64,000 bases of DNA from contig OX597819.1 in NCBI GenBank assembly GCA_951406725.2, forward strand, positions 41,230,001-41,294,000, written 5' to 3'. The translations under genes and the position numbers were made by a program. This document shows, piece after piece, positions 1-12,126 of this stretch (positions within the stretch are counted from its first letter, which is position 1; the number at the start of each line of letters is the position of its first letter). Origin of the DNA: Octopus vulgaris. Taxonomy: Eukaryota. The notes under the pieces were generated by a model that did not search any database, was not told where the DNA came from, and worked only from the letters and a program-made list of their open reading frames with translations.

Positions 1-1194
1 GTTTCCGTCTACCAAAATCCACTCACAAGGCTTTGGTCGGCCTGAGGCTATAGTAAAAGACACTTGCCCAAGGTGCCATGCAGTGGGACTGAACCCGGAA
101 CCATGTGGTTTGTAAGCAAGCTACTTACCCCACAGCCACTCCTACGCCTTGTTCATGATTTTGCAAAATGTGAATTTTTCGTACCCAAGATTAATTTTTA
201 TTTTGACATTTCAGTGGACAAACGAGAGCACAGATACTTCCAAAAATAAGTTTGCTATGGAGACAGGATACTCCAGAAACATCTGATATATCATGATCAT
301 CATCATCAGCATCACCATCCAACATCCATTTTCCATGTTGGCATGGGTTTGATGGTTTGACAAGAACTGGTGAGCCAGAGGAGTGTCTACTTCGCATGGT
401 TTCTACAGCTGGATGCCCTTCCTAACATCATCTATTTTACAGTATGTACTGAGTACTTTTTATATGGTATAAGTACCAGTGGGGTCACTAAATAACTAGC
501 AAAACAAGACCCCTCAATTCAAGTGGGAGGGAGGAGTATTGAGGGAGGTGGGTATGTGCTATGTGACATGAGGTTAAAGTATGATAGAGGGACAGAAACA
601 AGTGTCTTGCTTTAGAGGAGATAGAAGAGATGAGAGGGTTGTGAAGATTGTGTCAGGGTATACCCCTGAAATACAGGGAGGTGAATAAAGAGAAGTGGTA
701 TAGAAAACTAGACAGTTTAAGTGGGTAAGTAAATTTGTGAGAGAGCAAAATACTTCACACACACAACGGGCTTCTTTCAGTTTCCAGCAACCACATCCAT
801 TCACAAAGTTTTGGCTGACCCGGGCCACTTGCCTGAGGTGTTGTGCATTGTGACTGTACCTGAAACCATGTGGTTGGGAAGCAAACTTTTCAACTGCACA
901 GCTCTGTGTGTGTGTGTGTTGGTGGGGATATGGTTATGGACTTGCCAACTTTTATGCAGGAACTTTTTATGAGGCACCAGTGCTGGTGCTTTTCACATGT
1001 GAGCATGAACATCAATTACCTGTATCATCATTAACACCATCAGAGCAGGATACAGTGTTTACCTTCTCCCATAACTCAGCAGATGTATGAGGACTGGTGG
1101 AATGAAAAATACTTTACTTGAAAATCAAGTAAGTGTTGGTGACGGGAAGAGTATCTGGTTGTAGAAAATCTGCCTAAATAAGTTTAGTCTAACC

Positions 1195-1391
1195 CAGTGG
1201 TTTTCAACCAGGGTTCCGTGGAACCTTAGGGTTCCGCAAGAAGTTACAAAACTGCTAAAATTGGCAGTAATTTTTAAGTCTCCTGTGCAGATATGTGTGC
1301 ATAAGACTATTAAATTATTGCACAGGGGTTCCTCGAGCCAGTGGAATGTTTCCTTGGGGTTCCGCTCCAGCAAAAAGTTTGAAAAGCACTG
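1195..1391. mobile_element. hAT (Charlie-like) MITE
   Basis: TIRs cagtggttttcaa / ttgaaaagcactg; perfect 8-bp TSD gtctaacc (1187-1194, 1392-1399). Confidence 0.88.
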
Positions 1392-1574
1392 GTCTAACCC
1401 ATGCCAACATGAAAATATTAATGTAAAAATATGATGATGATATACAATAGCATACCTACAAATTGTGGAAGAATTTATAAGTGATCTGATCTCAAAGTGC
1501 AAAAGTCTAATATTAGAAGTGAAGAATGGATAAAGATTAAGATTATATATATATAAATTAATGGCGATTCTTAC

Positions 1575-1688
1575 CTGATGGCCAGAGTGAAGGCCTCAGG
1601 TGCTCGGTCACTCTTACGTACAAGATAAGAACCATCCTTGTCATCAAGTAGTCGATCTGTATCTTCACGACTTATGTGCCCATGATAC
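1575..1688 (-). CDS. CHN1: Chimaerin (CHN1/CHN2-like RacGAP) SH2-domain exon, 114 nt
   Basis: Minus strand ttttag|G TAT CAT GGG...ATC AG|gtaag. Encodes [38 protein letters not shown], similar to the chimaerin SH2 (FHGMISRE...[20 protein letters not shown]). Phase matches the 3126-3157 exon (GA+G=Glu). Likely co-orthologous to vertebrate CHN1 and CHN2. Confidence 0.95.
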
Positions 1689-1790
1689 CTAAAACACCAA
1701 AGATAATTATTAGAATGTCTAAGAAGACACTGCCTTACATAAAACAACAACAATTAAAAAAAAATAAATTGAGATATGAATAATATTTAA

Positions 1791-2001
1791 CCTCTTCATT
1801 GCAGAAATCAGATATACCCAATCAAAATTTCATTATTCTTTAACTGCAGAAAGCAACTTTATATACCAATCTATCTTTTGTTGAGACATGTAAAATTTAC
1901 TGAGGTAACCTGACTTCTAGAAAATAGCAATTAAGCTTTCTGGTAGATATTTTACATCATTAATTAGAAGAACTATGAAATTTAATTTTGCAGTTAAAGG
2001 G
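1791..2001. mobile_element. TTAA-flanked MITE (third family)
   Basis: ttaa|cctcttcattgcagaaat ... attttgcagttaaaggg|ttaa, imperfect TIRs. Confidence 0.55.
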
Positions 2002-2354
2002 TTAAAATGATCAAAAATAATTTCTTTAAATTATCAAAATATATAAAAAGACACAGTTTTATATATAAAAAAAAATACTGAGACATAAATAATATTTAAC
2101 TTGATATTATGATCAAAAGCAATTTTTCAAGTAATTTTTGAAACAAAAAATGAAATCAAACTATGCTAACACGGGAAAACATATTACCAGATGAAGATTA
2201 TAAATTCTAAGATAGTCACATTTACCTCCCTTTATTCTAACAGCGCTTAAAAGAGGAAATAACTAATTAATACTGCTTGTAAGAGAGAGAGTAACAGGAA
2301 AGGTTAGTTAAATAGAGAGTAACCAATGAAGACCTTTAGATATATTTCATAAAA

Positions 2355-2745
2355 GGATCTTTTCGGTTTGAACGGCAGTTTTTTAAAATAATTTCCATGT
2401 AACTAAACACTTTTAAACTTCGTATACTGGTAGAATGTGTTTATAAAACATCTTTTTCTCTTGGCTTTATTGAGAAAATTCTATAGTCTGTAAGATGTTT
2501 GTTGTTTTTCTTCAATTTCTGCAAATTCAACCAGTCAGTGACGTCTATTGAGGTAAAAAACATTCTGTGCCATATGAATATGTCCCTCGTTTAAGAAACA
2601 GATTGGGTTTATTTACATTTCTGAAGAAAAAAAAGATACCCTCCCCCCGCCTCTAACCCTAACCCTAAAACAGATTGAAATGCAATAGATCAATACTAGG
2701 GTCATAATTATGGGTGAAAAACCGCTGTTCAAACCGAAAAGATCC
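2355..2745. mobile_element. Non-autonomous DNA transposon (GG-terminal TIRs, 8-bp TSD) with internal (CCCTAA) repeats
   Basis: TIR ggatcttttcggtttgaac / gttcaaaccgaaaagatcc; TSD tcataaaa at 2347-2354 and 2746-2753. Superfamily not assigned. Confidence 0.88.
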
Positions 2746-3125
2746 TCATAAAAATATTTCAGACAATGAACTTAGCAAACCAACCTGATCAATGGCTTAC
2801 CGTTAGATTTCAAAAGCCGTGAAGAGGAGAGAGAGAGAGACAGACAGACAGAAAGACAGAATGTGTGTATATGTATGTAAGCGCGCATGAGAGAGGGTAT
2901 ATAAGAGTAAATGAGAAATGCTTTCATTTTATAGCCACAGTTGGGATTTTTAAAAGTATCATCAATGGAATTCTAAAAATTCTTGTCATGTTTTTTAATA
3001 AAAGACACAACAAAACCAGGATACAGCAGAAAATGTTAACAATCTGACACAAACAATACAACAAAAGTCACGCCACAGAACTTACAAAATACATATGAGA
3101 AAAAAAAATTTCATATTTTACTTAC

Positions 3126-3157
3126 TCTTTCCCATAAAAATAGGGTTTGTTTGGAAT
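3126..3157 (-). CDS. CHN1: Chimaerin 32-nt micro-exon ([11 protein letters not shown])
   Basis: tttcatttcag|ATT CCA AAC AAA CCC TAT TTT TAT GGG AAA GA|gtaag. Matches chimaerin VENRPKYYGRE and joins both neighbouring exons in frame. Not in the ORF track. Confidence 0.93.
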
Positions 3158-5237
3158 CTGAAATGAAAATAAACGAAAAAGTGTGTTAATTTGTTTTGTT
3201 TTTCTTTATTAAAATATTTTTGTTGTTTATTTGTAATTGTTGTGTTTAAGTTATTGGGTCATTTCCTTTGCATACCTCCCCTCTTTTATGAATCAGAGAA
3301 ATAAAAGGAGGCTGCTAATGTTGATTTTGTTATCAGAACAGGATGGAATCTAGTGCTATAGAACAGTGAGACTTTGGGACAAAATATGACATACAAAGTC
3401 TGATGCAAAGTTAATAGAAAATGAGTACAAGGTTGTAAGAAGAATGATGTGTGCAATGGGTCAGTTAGACTGAAGGCAATAAAATTCACAGAAGTCTGTT
3501 ACAGTAATAATAGAAAGGAGCTGTAAGTATGACAGCTGACATCATTTATTTAACATGTCTTTCAATGCTGGCATGGTTCTGGTGGGATATGATTTTAAAG
3601 AAGGATTTTATGGCTGTATGCTCTTCCCGTTGCCAACCCTCAGCTGTTTTCCAGGTCAGTGATGTCCATTTCTGGACATTAATAGCAATAAAGAATATAA
3701 ACATTTTGTTCAAATGGTGGCATGCAAAATATCAACATTCATACACACTTGTGCGTGTGTGTGTGTGTGTGTGCGCATGTGTGTGTGTGCGTGTGTGCTG
3801 GTGCCTCATAAAGAGCACCTGTGCTGGCGCCATGTAAAAGCACTTAGTGCTCTCTGTAAAGTGGTCGGTGTTTGGAAGGGCATCCAGCCATAGAAGCCAT
3901 GCCAAAACAGATGACTGGGTCTGGTACAACCCTCTGGCTTGCCAGCTCCAACCAAACTGTCCAACACATGCCAGCAGGGAGAACGAACATTAAATGACAA
4001 TGATGATGATATGTACATACACAACAGGGTTACTATTATTTCTGTCTTCTGACTTCACACCTAAGGTATTGGTTGGCCCAGGGCTACAGCAGTGATTTCA
4101 ATGAAATACTCATTTGTTAGTCACCATTACTTGGCCACTGCATTATAATATATATATTTGTTTCAAATTTTGGCACAAGGCCAGCAAGTTCAGGGGTGGG
4201 GACAAGTCATTTAAAATGACCCCAGTATTCAGTTGGTACTTATTTTATTGACCTTCCCCCCAAAGGCTGAAAGGCAAAGTCAACCCCAGCAGAATTTGAA
4301 CTAAGAACATAAAAATGGACAAAACACTGCTAAGCATTTTGCCTGGCATGCTAACAATTCTGCCAGCTCGCCATCTTTATAATATATATATATATATATA
4401 TCATTATTAAATATCTGACTTCCAGGCCAGTATGGACAGGATGCTCGGACAAGATCCAACAAGTCAGAGGACTGCATAGTGCTCAAATGTTTGTTTTGGC
4501 ATGGTCCCTACAGCAGGATGGCTCACCTAATGCCAACCACTTTTCAGAGAGAGAGAGAGAGAGAGAGAGCGTGTGTGTGTGTGGTGAAGCAATTGTCAAG
4601 GGATGGCATACAATCTTGTTCCCTATTGAAGTTGGTGAGCTATTTCCTGGTGGAGATTAGTTCAGGACCCAAACAACCGACAAAAAAAAAAAAAAAAAAA
4701 AAACACTAAGGGGATAGGTAACATAGCTGGAACTCTTATGCAAGCAAAACTAAATGCAGTCCTTACTACTCCACTCAAGCAAAAATGCTTACAACCCTGA
4801 GATACCTGCTGATGATATAGAAGGGTTTCCAACACTATGATGGTTTTAGTCATCACCATAAGATTTTGCAATACCTGTAACTAGCCTCTGTAGTTTCTGC
4901 ATGGAGTAAAGCATCTTTGGTGTTTATTTCATCTATATGCACTATATAAGGCATGTGTCCATGATGCACATGTGTTTGTGTGTGTCCCTGTCCATGTCCA
5001 TGTATGTGTCTCCTTGTTTTGACATCACACAGCAGTTGTAAATGAGTGTCACTATCATACAAGCGATGGTCTTCATTTCCAATCTTTCAGGCCATATGGA
5101 ATTATTACCATGCTTGGAAACAGGTGCGGGTCAGTGACAAGAAGGGCATCTGGCCATAGAAATTCTGTCTCAACAAATTCCATCTGATCCACGTTCAAGC
5201 ATGGAAAAGTGGATGTTGAAGTATATATATATATATA

Positions 5238-5560
5238 TAAAATTATAATTTAGAGTATCTAAGAGATACCTCCACGCTGGAAATAGCAGCCAAATTTTGA
5301 CTCTAAAAATCAGTAATTATCCAGTAATTTTTTTGCTAGTTCATCTTGTCCTTTTGTCTTCTCTCCTGGTGCAGTATGAACATTTTAATGTGGTTTTAGA
5401 GTCAAGATTTGGCTGCTATTTCCAGCGTGGAGGTATCTCTTAGATACCCTAAATTATAATTTTAATAATAATTATTACCTTTGAAGGTTTTTATTCCCAT
5501 GCTGGCCACTTGATAAGATTGATAATTTAATTAACAACCTTATCCTTATTTACATAAATT
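5238..5560. mobile_element. TA-inserted fold-back element with 71-bp inverted arms
   Basis: 5238-5308 pairs with 5394-5464 (few mismatches, 85-bp spacer). A unique tail runs to 5560, with (TA)n on both sides. Confidence 0.7.
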
Positions 5561-5564
5561 TATA

Positions 5565-5602
<38 letters not shown>

Positions 5603-5789
5603 CTGGAGGCATGGTTGTGTGCTTCAGAAGTTCATGTTCATTCTCCAGCTACATTCTTTTGAGTTCAGCACTGCTACATGGTACCTTGGGCAAGTGACTT
5701 CTAGCAAAAGCCTTGTGAGTGGATTTAGTAGACAGAACCTCAAAGAAACCTGTCATATGTGTGTGCATATGTATGTGTATTTATTTATA

Positions 5790-5836
<47 letters not shown>

Positions 5837-6015
5837 TTTTATTCGATTCAGTCCTGTAGCTGTGGTCATGCTGGAACATGATACACGTGCATGTGTGCAT
5901 GGTTGTGTATCCTTTTCTTGACATTGTGTGATAATTGTAAACAAGTGCCACTGCTTTCAAAACAAGTGGTGTCCTTTGTTCTTATTCTGCCATGAAAATA
6001 TGTGAGGGCATGGGA

Positions 6016-6219
6016 AAATATTACTTTGCTTGGAAATAGGTGAGAGTTGTTGACAGAAACTGCATCTAGTCATGGAAAATGGACATTATAATAATAATAA
6101 TAATGATTATGCATGCATGCATGCATAATCATTATTATTATTATTATAATGTCCATTTTCCATGACTAGATGCAGTTTCTGTCAACAACTCTCACCTATT
6201 TCCAAGTAAAGTAATATTT
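6016..6219. repeat. 204-bp near-perfect palindrome centred on (ATGC)n
   Basis: Two 102-bp arms with no spacer and one mismatch; centre 6117/6118 lies inside tgcatgcatgca. Confidence 0.9.
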
Positions 6220-6686
6220 CAGACAATGCATGCATGCATGCATCCATCCATACATCCATACATACATAGTCGTTCACCTGGCAGAATCATAAATGCATTG
6301 CCTTGCAGTATCTGATCTAGCTTTAAGTTCAAATCAGCCTTTAGGGATCAATAAATAAAGTATCAGTTTATCATGGTGGATTAACAGAATGCTGGCAACA
6401 GATAAATATGCCTTATATTATCTGTTTCAGCTCTATGTATATTCTGTGTCTAAATCCCACCTCCTGATCCAGGTATAAAAACAAAGAGCCTTTGGAACCC
6501 AGCAAAAACCTTAGTAAGCAAGGGAAGTCCTTAGACCTGTGTCCAAATATTTTGGCTGATCACTCTCAAAACCAGAACATAAGATGGCAGGAGTGAATAC
6601 AAGTCATACACACTCTCTACTCCATACTATGAAGCATTGTGTAACTCTACCCACAGTCAGCCACCATCCTTACAACGATGATACTG

Positions 6687-6718
<32 letters not shown>

Positions 6719-7138
6719 GATTTCTAAAACATACTTCCTTTGTTTTTCTTTTACATTTATAACTATAAATAATATTAAATATTGGATAGAGAACAGAAGA
6801 AGAAAATAAAATGTGTTAAATGCTTGTGCTTGACCCCTAAGAGCTGCAGAAGTAGTTAAGGTTAAGAATACTAACAGGTCATCATAAAACCCACTAGTCC
6901 TTCGCAGAAAGCCATAGTTCATCAAGTTAATTCATTATCTTGCCAAGAAATCTTACAGTAGCTGCAAACAGGCAATGCTAGTTCAATGATCCAGTGTAAT
7001 AATAATGAATATCAGATTTAATCAAGAGTATCTAATACTGAATGTTGGCTTCTATATGAATATCAAAATTGAGTCTATAAAAGTTTTATACTTATGTGAG
7101 ATATTCTATAGAAGATACTTAGCACCAAGATAAATATG

Positions 7139-7182
<44 letters not shown>

Positions 7183-7183
7183 A

Positions 7184-7378
7184 CCGCGTGTGTACTGTTG
7201 GCGATTTTTTTTCCTCCGTCCTCCCTTCTTTGGATCTTTCCTTTTCCTATGTTTCTGACGAAGAGCTTCGCTTGAAACGTTAAACCCTCCTTCTTTCCTG
7301 AGCGTCCAATAACACTATACTTGTTCCACATCCTTGCGTTGTTGTGCTTTCTCTTTGTATTTTCATGTTTGAATTAAC
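7184..7378 (+). mobile_element. Short hammerhead-bearing element between microsatellites (Penelope-like pLTR fragment)
   Basis: Bounded by (TA)n(TG)n and (TA)n; contains the 7251-7285 hammerhead followed by a T-rich tail. Confidence 0.55.
7251..7285 (+). ncRNA. Minimal type-I hammerhead ribozyme motif
   Basis: Stem I GTTT/AAAC; core CTGACGA (7255-7261); extra A; stem II GAGC-ttc-GCTT; GAAA; palindromic AACGTT in place of stem III; predicted GUU cleavage after 7281. Confidence 0.7.
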
Positions 7379-7411
<33 letters not shown>

Positions 7412-7429
7412 GTAACACTACAGCTCAGT

Positions 7430-7462
<33 letters not shown>

Positions 7463-7568
7463 GTAACACTACAGCTCAGTTACTCCACTAGTTAAGAATT
7501 CAAAATCTTGAGTTACTCAACTAGAAACCAAAAGTATAACTCCTTTTATTACTTCTGTATATTTTTAA

Positions 7569-7897
7569 GTGCATGGTGCAATGGTTAGAGCATCCAGCTC
7601 ACAATCATGAGGTAGTGAGTTCAATTCCTAGACCAGGCTGTGAGTTGTGTTCTTGAGCAGGATACTTTATTTCATGTTGCTCCAGTTCACTCAACTGTAG
7701 AAATGAGCTGTGACATCACTGGTGCCAAGCTGTATCAGCCTTTGCCTGGATAACATTGGTGGCATGGAAAGGGGAGGTTGGTATGCATGGGCAATTACTG
7801 GTCTTCCATAAACAACCTTGTCCAGACTTGTACCTCAAGGGTAACTTTCTAGGTGCAATCCCATGGTCATTCAAGGCCCAAAGGGGTCTTTACCCTT
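7569..7897 (+). mobile_element. tRNA-derived SINE family 4
   Basis: A box tggtgcaatgg, B box gagttcaattcc, CORE-like ttcttgagcagg...ctcaactgtagaaatgag. Confidence 0.65.
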
Positions 7898-8712
7898 TAA
7901 AAATCTTTAATATTGTATGCTAGGGTATATAAAATGCATTAATCATTGGAAAATATGAGGATTAATACAAGGGATAATCTGACACCTACCCCCTGCACTA
8001 ATTGGAATTATGCTAGTAGAATTAATTTCAAAGAACGTTAAACACCTTTCTGACATTCTTGCACACATCATCCAGAGAAAATAAAAAGATGGACTTAGAT
8101 GTGTACTACTTAGATAAAGTAAGTCAAAGATAATTTTAGAAATGTTTGTCTAAATACACAAGATTTTGGCAGAGTCATTAGACTGGAAGACAACATGCCT
8201 GGCTGCATTTGTTCTGGTTCACTGTGCTTTGAATTCAAATCCTTTCAAGGTCAACCTTTAAGGATCAATAGGATCAAGTACCAGTCCAGAATGGTAGAAA
8301 TGTTAAAGCACTATTACTTTACTTGTGATATTTGTACCAGCTCTTTGCATTCTAAGCTATTGGACAGTAGATCAAATCCATTATCCAACAACTATAACAA
8401 CTATAAATTTCCACAGTCTCCATGCCGGTGGCACGTAAAAAGCACCCACTACACTCACGGAGTGGTTGGCATTAGGAAGGGCATCCAGCTGTAGAAACAC
8501 TGCCAGATCAGACTGGGCCTGGCACAGCCTTCTGGCTTCCCAGACCCCAGTTGAACCGTCCAACCCATGCTAGCATGGAAAGTGGACGTTAAACGATGAT
8601 GATGAGAAGGAGGTATGGCCACTTGACCACAACATTGTAGCAAGGGACATTCACAGTATAGACTGGATGTTCATTTTATTATGTGGATGACCACAATATG
8701 GACAGGATGACC

Positions 8713-8745
<33 letters not shown>

Positions 8746-8759
8746 AATAGATTAGGTCT

Positions 8760-9150
8760 ATAGTAGATATGGCTAAGAGCTGTCAGGAGTCACATGAGGG
8801 AGAGTACAAATGACCAAAATGGGGTTCCTCCAAAAGATACATGGAGTAACGCTACTCAACAGAGTACCTAGTTCAGAAATGAGGGAGTCTCTCCAGGTCA
8901 AATCATTAGTTGCAGGAAAGAATCACAAGTTGGATTCTTCAAGCTGAGCCAACTGGTAGGAGACCTAGGGGTAAACCAATAATGAGATGTTTGGATAATA
9001 TCCATAGTCTCAGCTGGACAAGCTTAGCAATCCAGTCAGAAAGTAAAATGACTATTGCTTCTGATGGGACCCAAAAGAGGAGGTGTCCAAGGACTCTAGC
9101 CTAACAACTCTTCCAGGAACAGTGGCTGGAGAAGACATATGGAAGGATGA
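8760..9150 (+). mobile_element. RTE-clade LINE 3' fragment (degenerate)
   Basis: Translates to MGFLQKIHGVTLLNRVPSSEMRESLQV and EPTGRRPRGKPIMRCLDNI, typical of the RTE ORF C-terminus. Confidence 0.75.
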
Positions 9151-10500
9151 ACATAGGGAAAGAGAGAAAATGATAGTTATAGTAGAAAGTGGTGCAATGG
9201 GGTACTAGATATGGGCAGACCAAATGCTATTATTGGTTATGGAAGAGGAGTAGAGTGATGGATGGGTGACAGTGGAAGAGAAGCAGAGCGATAAAGAGTG
9301 ATAAAAGGTGATGGTGTAGCAAGTGAATGTTATCGCTTGTTACATAGGTCACATAGTGCAGTGAACAGGAGGGAGAGCAAGTGATGGATGAGAAGGTAAT
9401 AAAGAGGGCAACGAATAAAGATGTAACAAGAATTAGAATGGGTAAAAGATCCAATGCTTCTATGCAACAAATTTCATTCAGACATCTTTCATTGGTTTAA
9501 GGTTACAGAAGATACTTGCCCAAGGTTCCATGCAGAGGGATTGTTACCAGTTTCATACAGTTGTGAAGTAAATGTTTAAACCAGACACCCATTGAATGGT
9601 AGACCCCAAAATGCATTGTTTTCAAAGGGAAAAAAATCTTTATGCAAAACATAATTCAATGAGCAAGTCTATTCACCCTTAACAAACACATATGCCCACA
9701 TGAAAACCTTTACAATGTTTTGGGTCACAGAAGGAATTAAAAAACAAGTGAATAAAATCTAAGCTAGACTTTAGTCTTGTCCATGAAATAAATCTTGCAG
9801 CAATTCCTCCTCAATATACTAAACTAAGTGAACTAAAAGGTGTCTATAAATGGGAAACTTAAACACTTTGCTTCACAGGTAGGATTTTTTTTTCTTTCCC
9901 TCTCCAAGACTGCTGAAGAAAAACATTATTTCTTAATACTTTCATAACTCAGATAACAACATTGAACAAACCAAAGCAATATTAGCTAAAATCAATTTAA
10001 TCTGTAACTAAGATTAGAGTAGTTCTGCAGTTTTCAGATGTGGAATTGATATGATCAATAGTTTGAGTTTCAGACTCTTATCGTTTTCACCTTTCTTTTT
10101 TTCTTTTTCTTTCTCTTCCTCCACCCCCACCCACACCCCATTCCCAGCCATTTTGTTATCATTATGTGCTTCGACCATCTTTCAGTGCCATACTCTCTAT
10201 CTTTTACATGATGTTTGGAAAATGCAACCATTGTAATGTTGTTAAAAAACGAAACACAGATGAGGATAAGAAGAAAATGAAAATTCACTTCTTCTTATAA
10301 GTTAACCTCTCTAGATTGTTTCCTAACGAAATGAGTAATAAATTGAAGGCTATTAAGTGCTGAAGGAATACAATCTTTTCCTTCATTATAAGTTCAAGTC
10401 TATTTAACTCTATAAATATTGAGGCAAGAATATAGTGAAGCAATATACACCAAATACACTAATAAAATTCACACCATTACCTATTTAAAAAAAGATATTT

Positions 10501-10838
10501 AGGCATGGCTGGGTGGTAAGAAGCTTGCTTCCCAACCACATGGTTCTAAGTTCAGTCCCACTGCATGGCACCTTGGGCAAGTGTCTTCTACTATAGCCAT
10601 GGGCCAACCAAAGCCTTGTGAGTGGATTTAGCAAACAGAAACTGAAAGAAGCCCGTCATATATATGTATGTGTGTGTGATTGTGTTTGTGCTTTTCCCCT
10701 CATCACTGCTTAACAATTGGTGTTGGTGTATTCATGTCCCCGTAACTTAGCGGTTCAGCAAAAGACACCAAGAAGATAAGTACTAGGCTTTAGCTCCGGC
10801 ATGGCTGCAGTCAAATGACTGAAACAAGTAAAAGAATA
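10501..10838 (+). mobile_element. SINE family 1
   Basis: Family-1 head and tail with a small internal deletion. Confidence 0.85.
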
Positions 10839-11942
10839 ACTTTGTAAAGCATTGTTTGAACAAATAACCATAGTACTTATTTTATACTTTAAGCCTAGTA
10901 CTTATTCTTACAGGAATGCAAACAAACCAACACCAATTGTGAAGTGGTAGTGAAGAACAAATACAAAGACACACACACACATATATAGCTGAAAGATTAA
11001 AATTAATCAAAGGACATACTAAGTATGTCTACCTGCTGGAAATAACAGGCAAAAATTTTATTTAAATTGTCCTTTGATTAATTTTAATCCTTCAGCTATT
11101 TTAATGCTTTGGGGGTGCCTGAAATCGCCTATATTATTGATTCTGTTATTAGTTACACTAGATAATAACAAAGTCCATGATATCTTCGCAAATTATTTTT
11201 CTCAAGAATTATTTGCTCTGTGACTGATTTCTATCAGTCTCCATCAACTAGAGCCACTCATAAGGCTTTGGTTGGAGTTTACAGTAGAACACTTGTCGAA
11301 GGTACCATGAAATTAATGTGTGTATGTATATATATATAATATATACTATAATATTAGATTTAGAGAGCATATGAAATTAGTATTGCAATAATAATGAACT
11401 CCTCATTCTATACAGGTCATGTAGGTGGCTAGGCATTAAAAAAAACTGATACTTAAAAAGAAGTGGAAAGATTTTAAAGTCAATTAAGGGGAAACAAAAT
11501 ACAGAATGAAAATGAAGAAACCATAATTTGTATGATAAAGGCATTAAGAGAGCATTAAAGACAGTATAAGCATAAGAAAATATAGCTCATAAGAATCTTA
11601 AATTATTGCATTTCTATGGCAATTTAGAAGACTATGTGATAAATTTACTTTAGAAGCCATATAAAGTTTTAATAGCATATCTTCACTTAGTGTGGGTGAC
11701 CCAATTTTAAATTCAAAAAATTAATATTCAAACTATCTATGGGCACATTTATTTTTTTCTTTTTATAAAGTAAAAAAATATAATTAGATAAACATATATC
11801 TTCAAATATGTATGTGTGTGCAAATGTGTATGTACATGCAAGTGTGAGTTTGTGAGTGTATGTATAAAAGCCAAATGTCAACTAAGACACAGATAAGTGT
11901 TTACAGGTATGGACAAACATATAAATGTCAAATGATACATAC

Positions 11943-11998
11943 TTCTCTGTGACAAATGATCCGCCGAGGATGCGGTGCTTCTTTCTGCAACTGATACA
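11943..11998 (-). CDS. CHN1: Chimaerin N-terminal 56-nt exon ((L)[18 protein letters not shown])
   Basis: ttttccctttgcacag|TG TAT CAG TTG CAG AAA GAA GCA CCG CAT CCT CGG CGG ATC ATT TGT CAC AGA GAA|gtatgt. Close to chimaerin [14 protein letters not shown]. Phase-1 start, phase-0 end. Confidence 0.95.
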
Positions 11999-12018
11999 CT
12001 GTGCAAAGGGAAAAAAAA

Positions 12019-12039
12019 ATAATGATGATAATGATGATG

Positions 12040-12097
<58 letters not shown>

Positions 12098-12126
12098 TAA
12101 TAATGATAATAATAATAATAATAATA
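12019..12126 (+). repeat. (AAT)n/(GAT)n microsatellite next to the acceptor of the 56-nt chimaerin exon
   Basis: About 35 triplets ending about 20 nt upstream (minus strand) of the splice acceptor at 11999-12000. Confidence 0.95.

Noticed and set aside
64-249. Recurrent ORFs of the type MPKVPCSGTEPGTMW / RASFSFRLPNPLTRLW
   Set aside because: These are antisense translations of SINE family 1 that recur at every copy, not genes.
1689-1753. N-terminal part of ORF 1571..1753 (MLLFYVRQ...)
   Set aside because: Intronic read-through upstream of the AG acceptor at 1689-1690; only 1575-1688 is exon.
7401-7482. 30-bp direct repeat separated by (TA)n, resembling a TSD
   Set aside because: It flanks only a TA run and is best explained by local slippage duplication or assembly.
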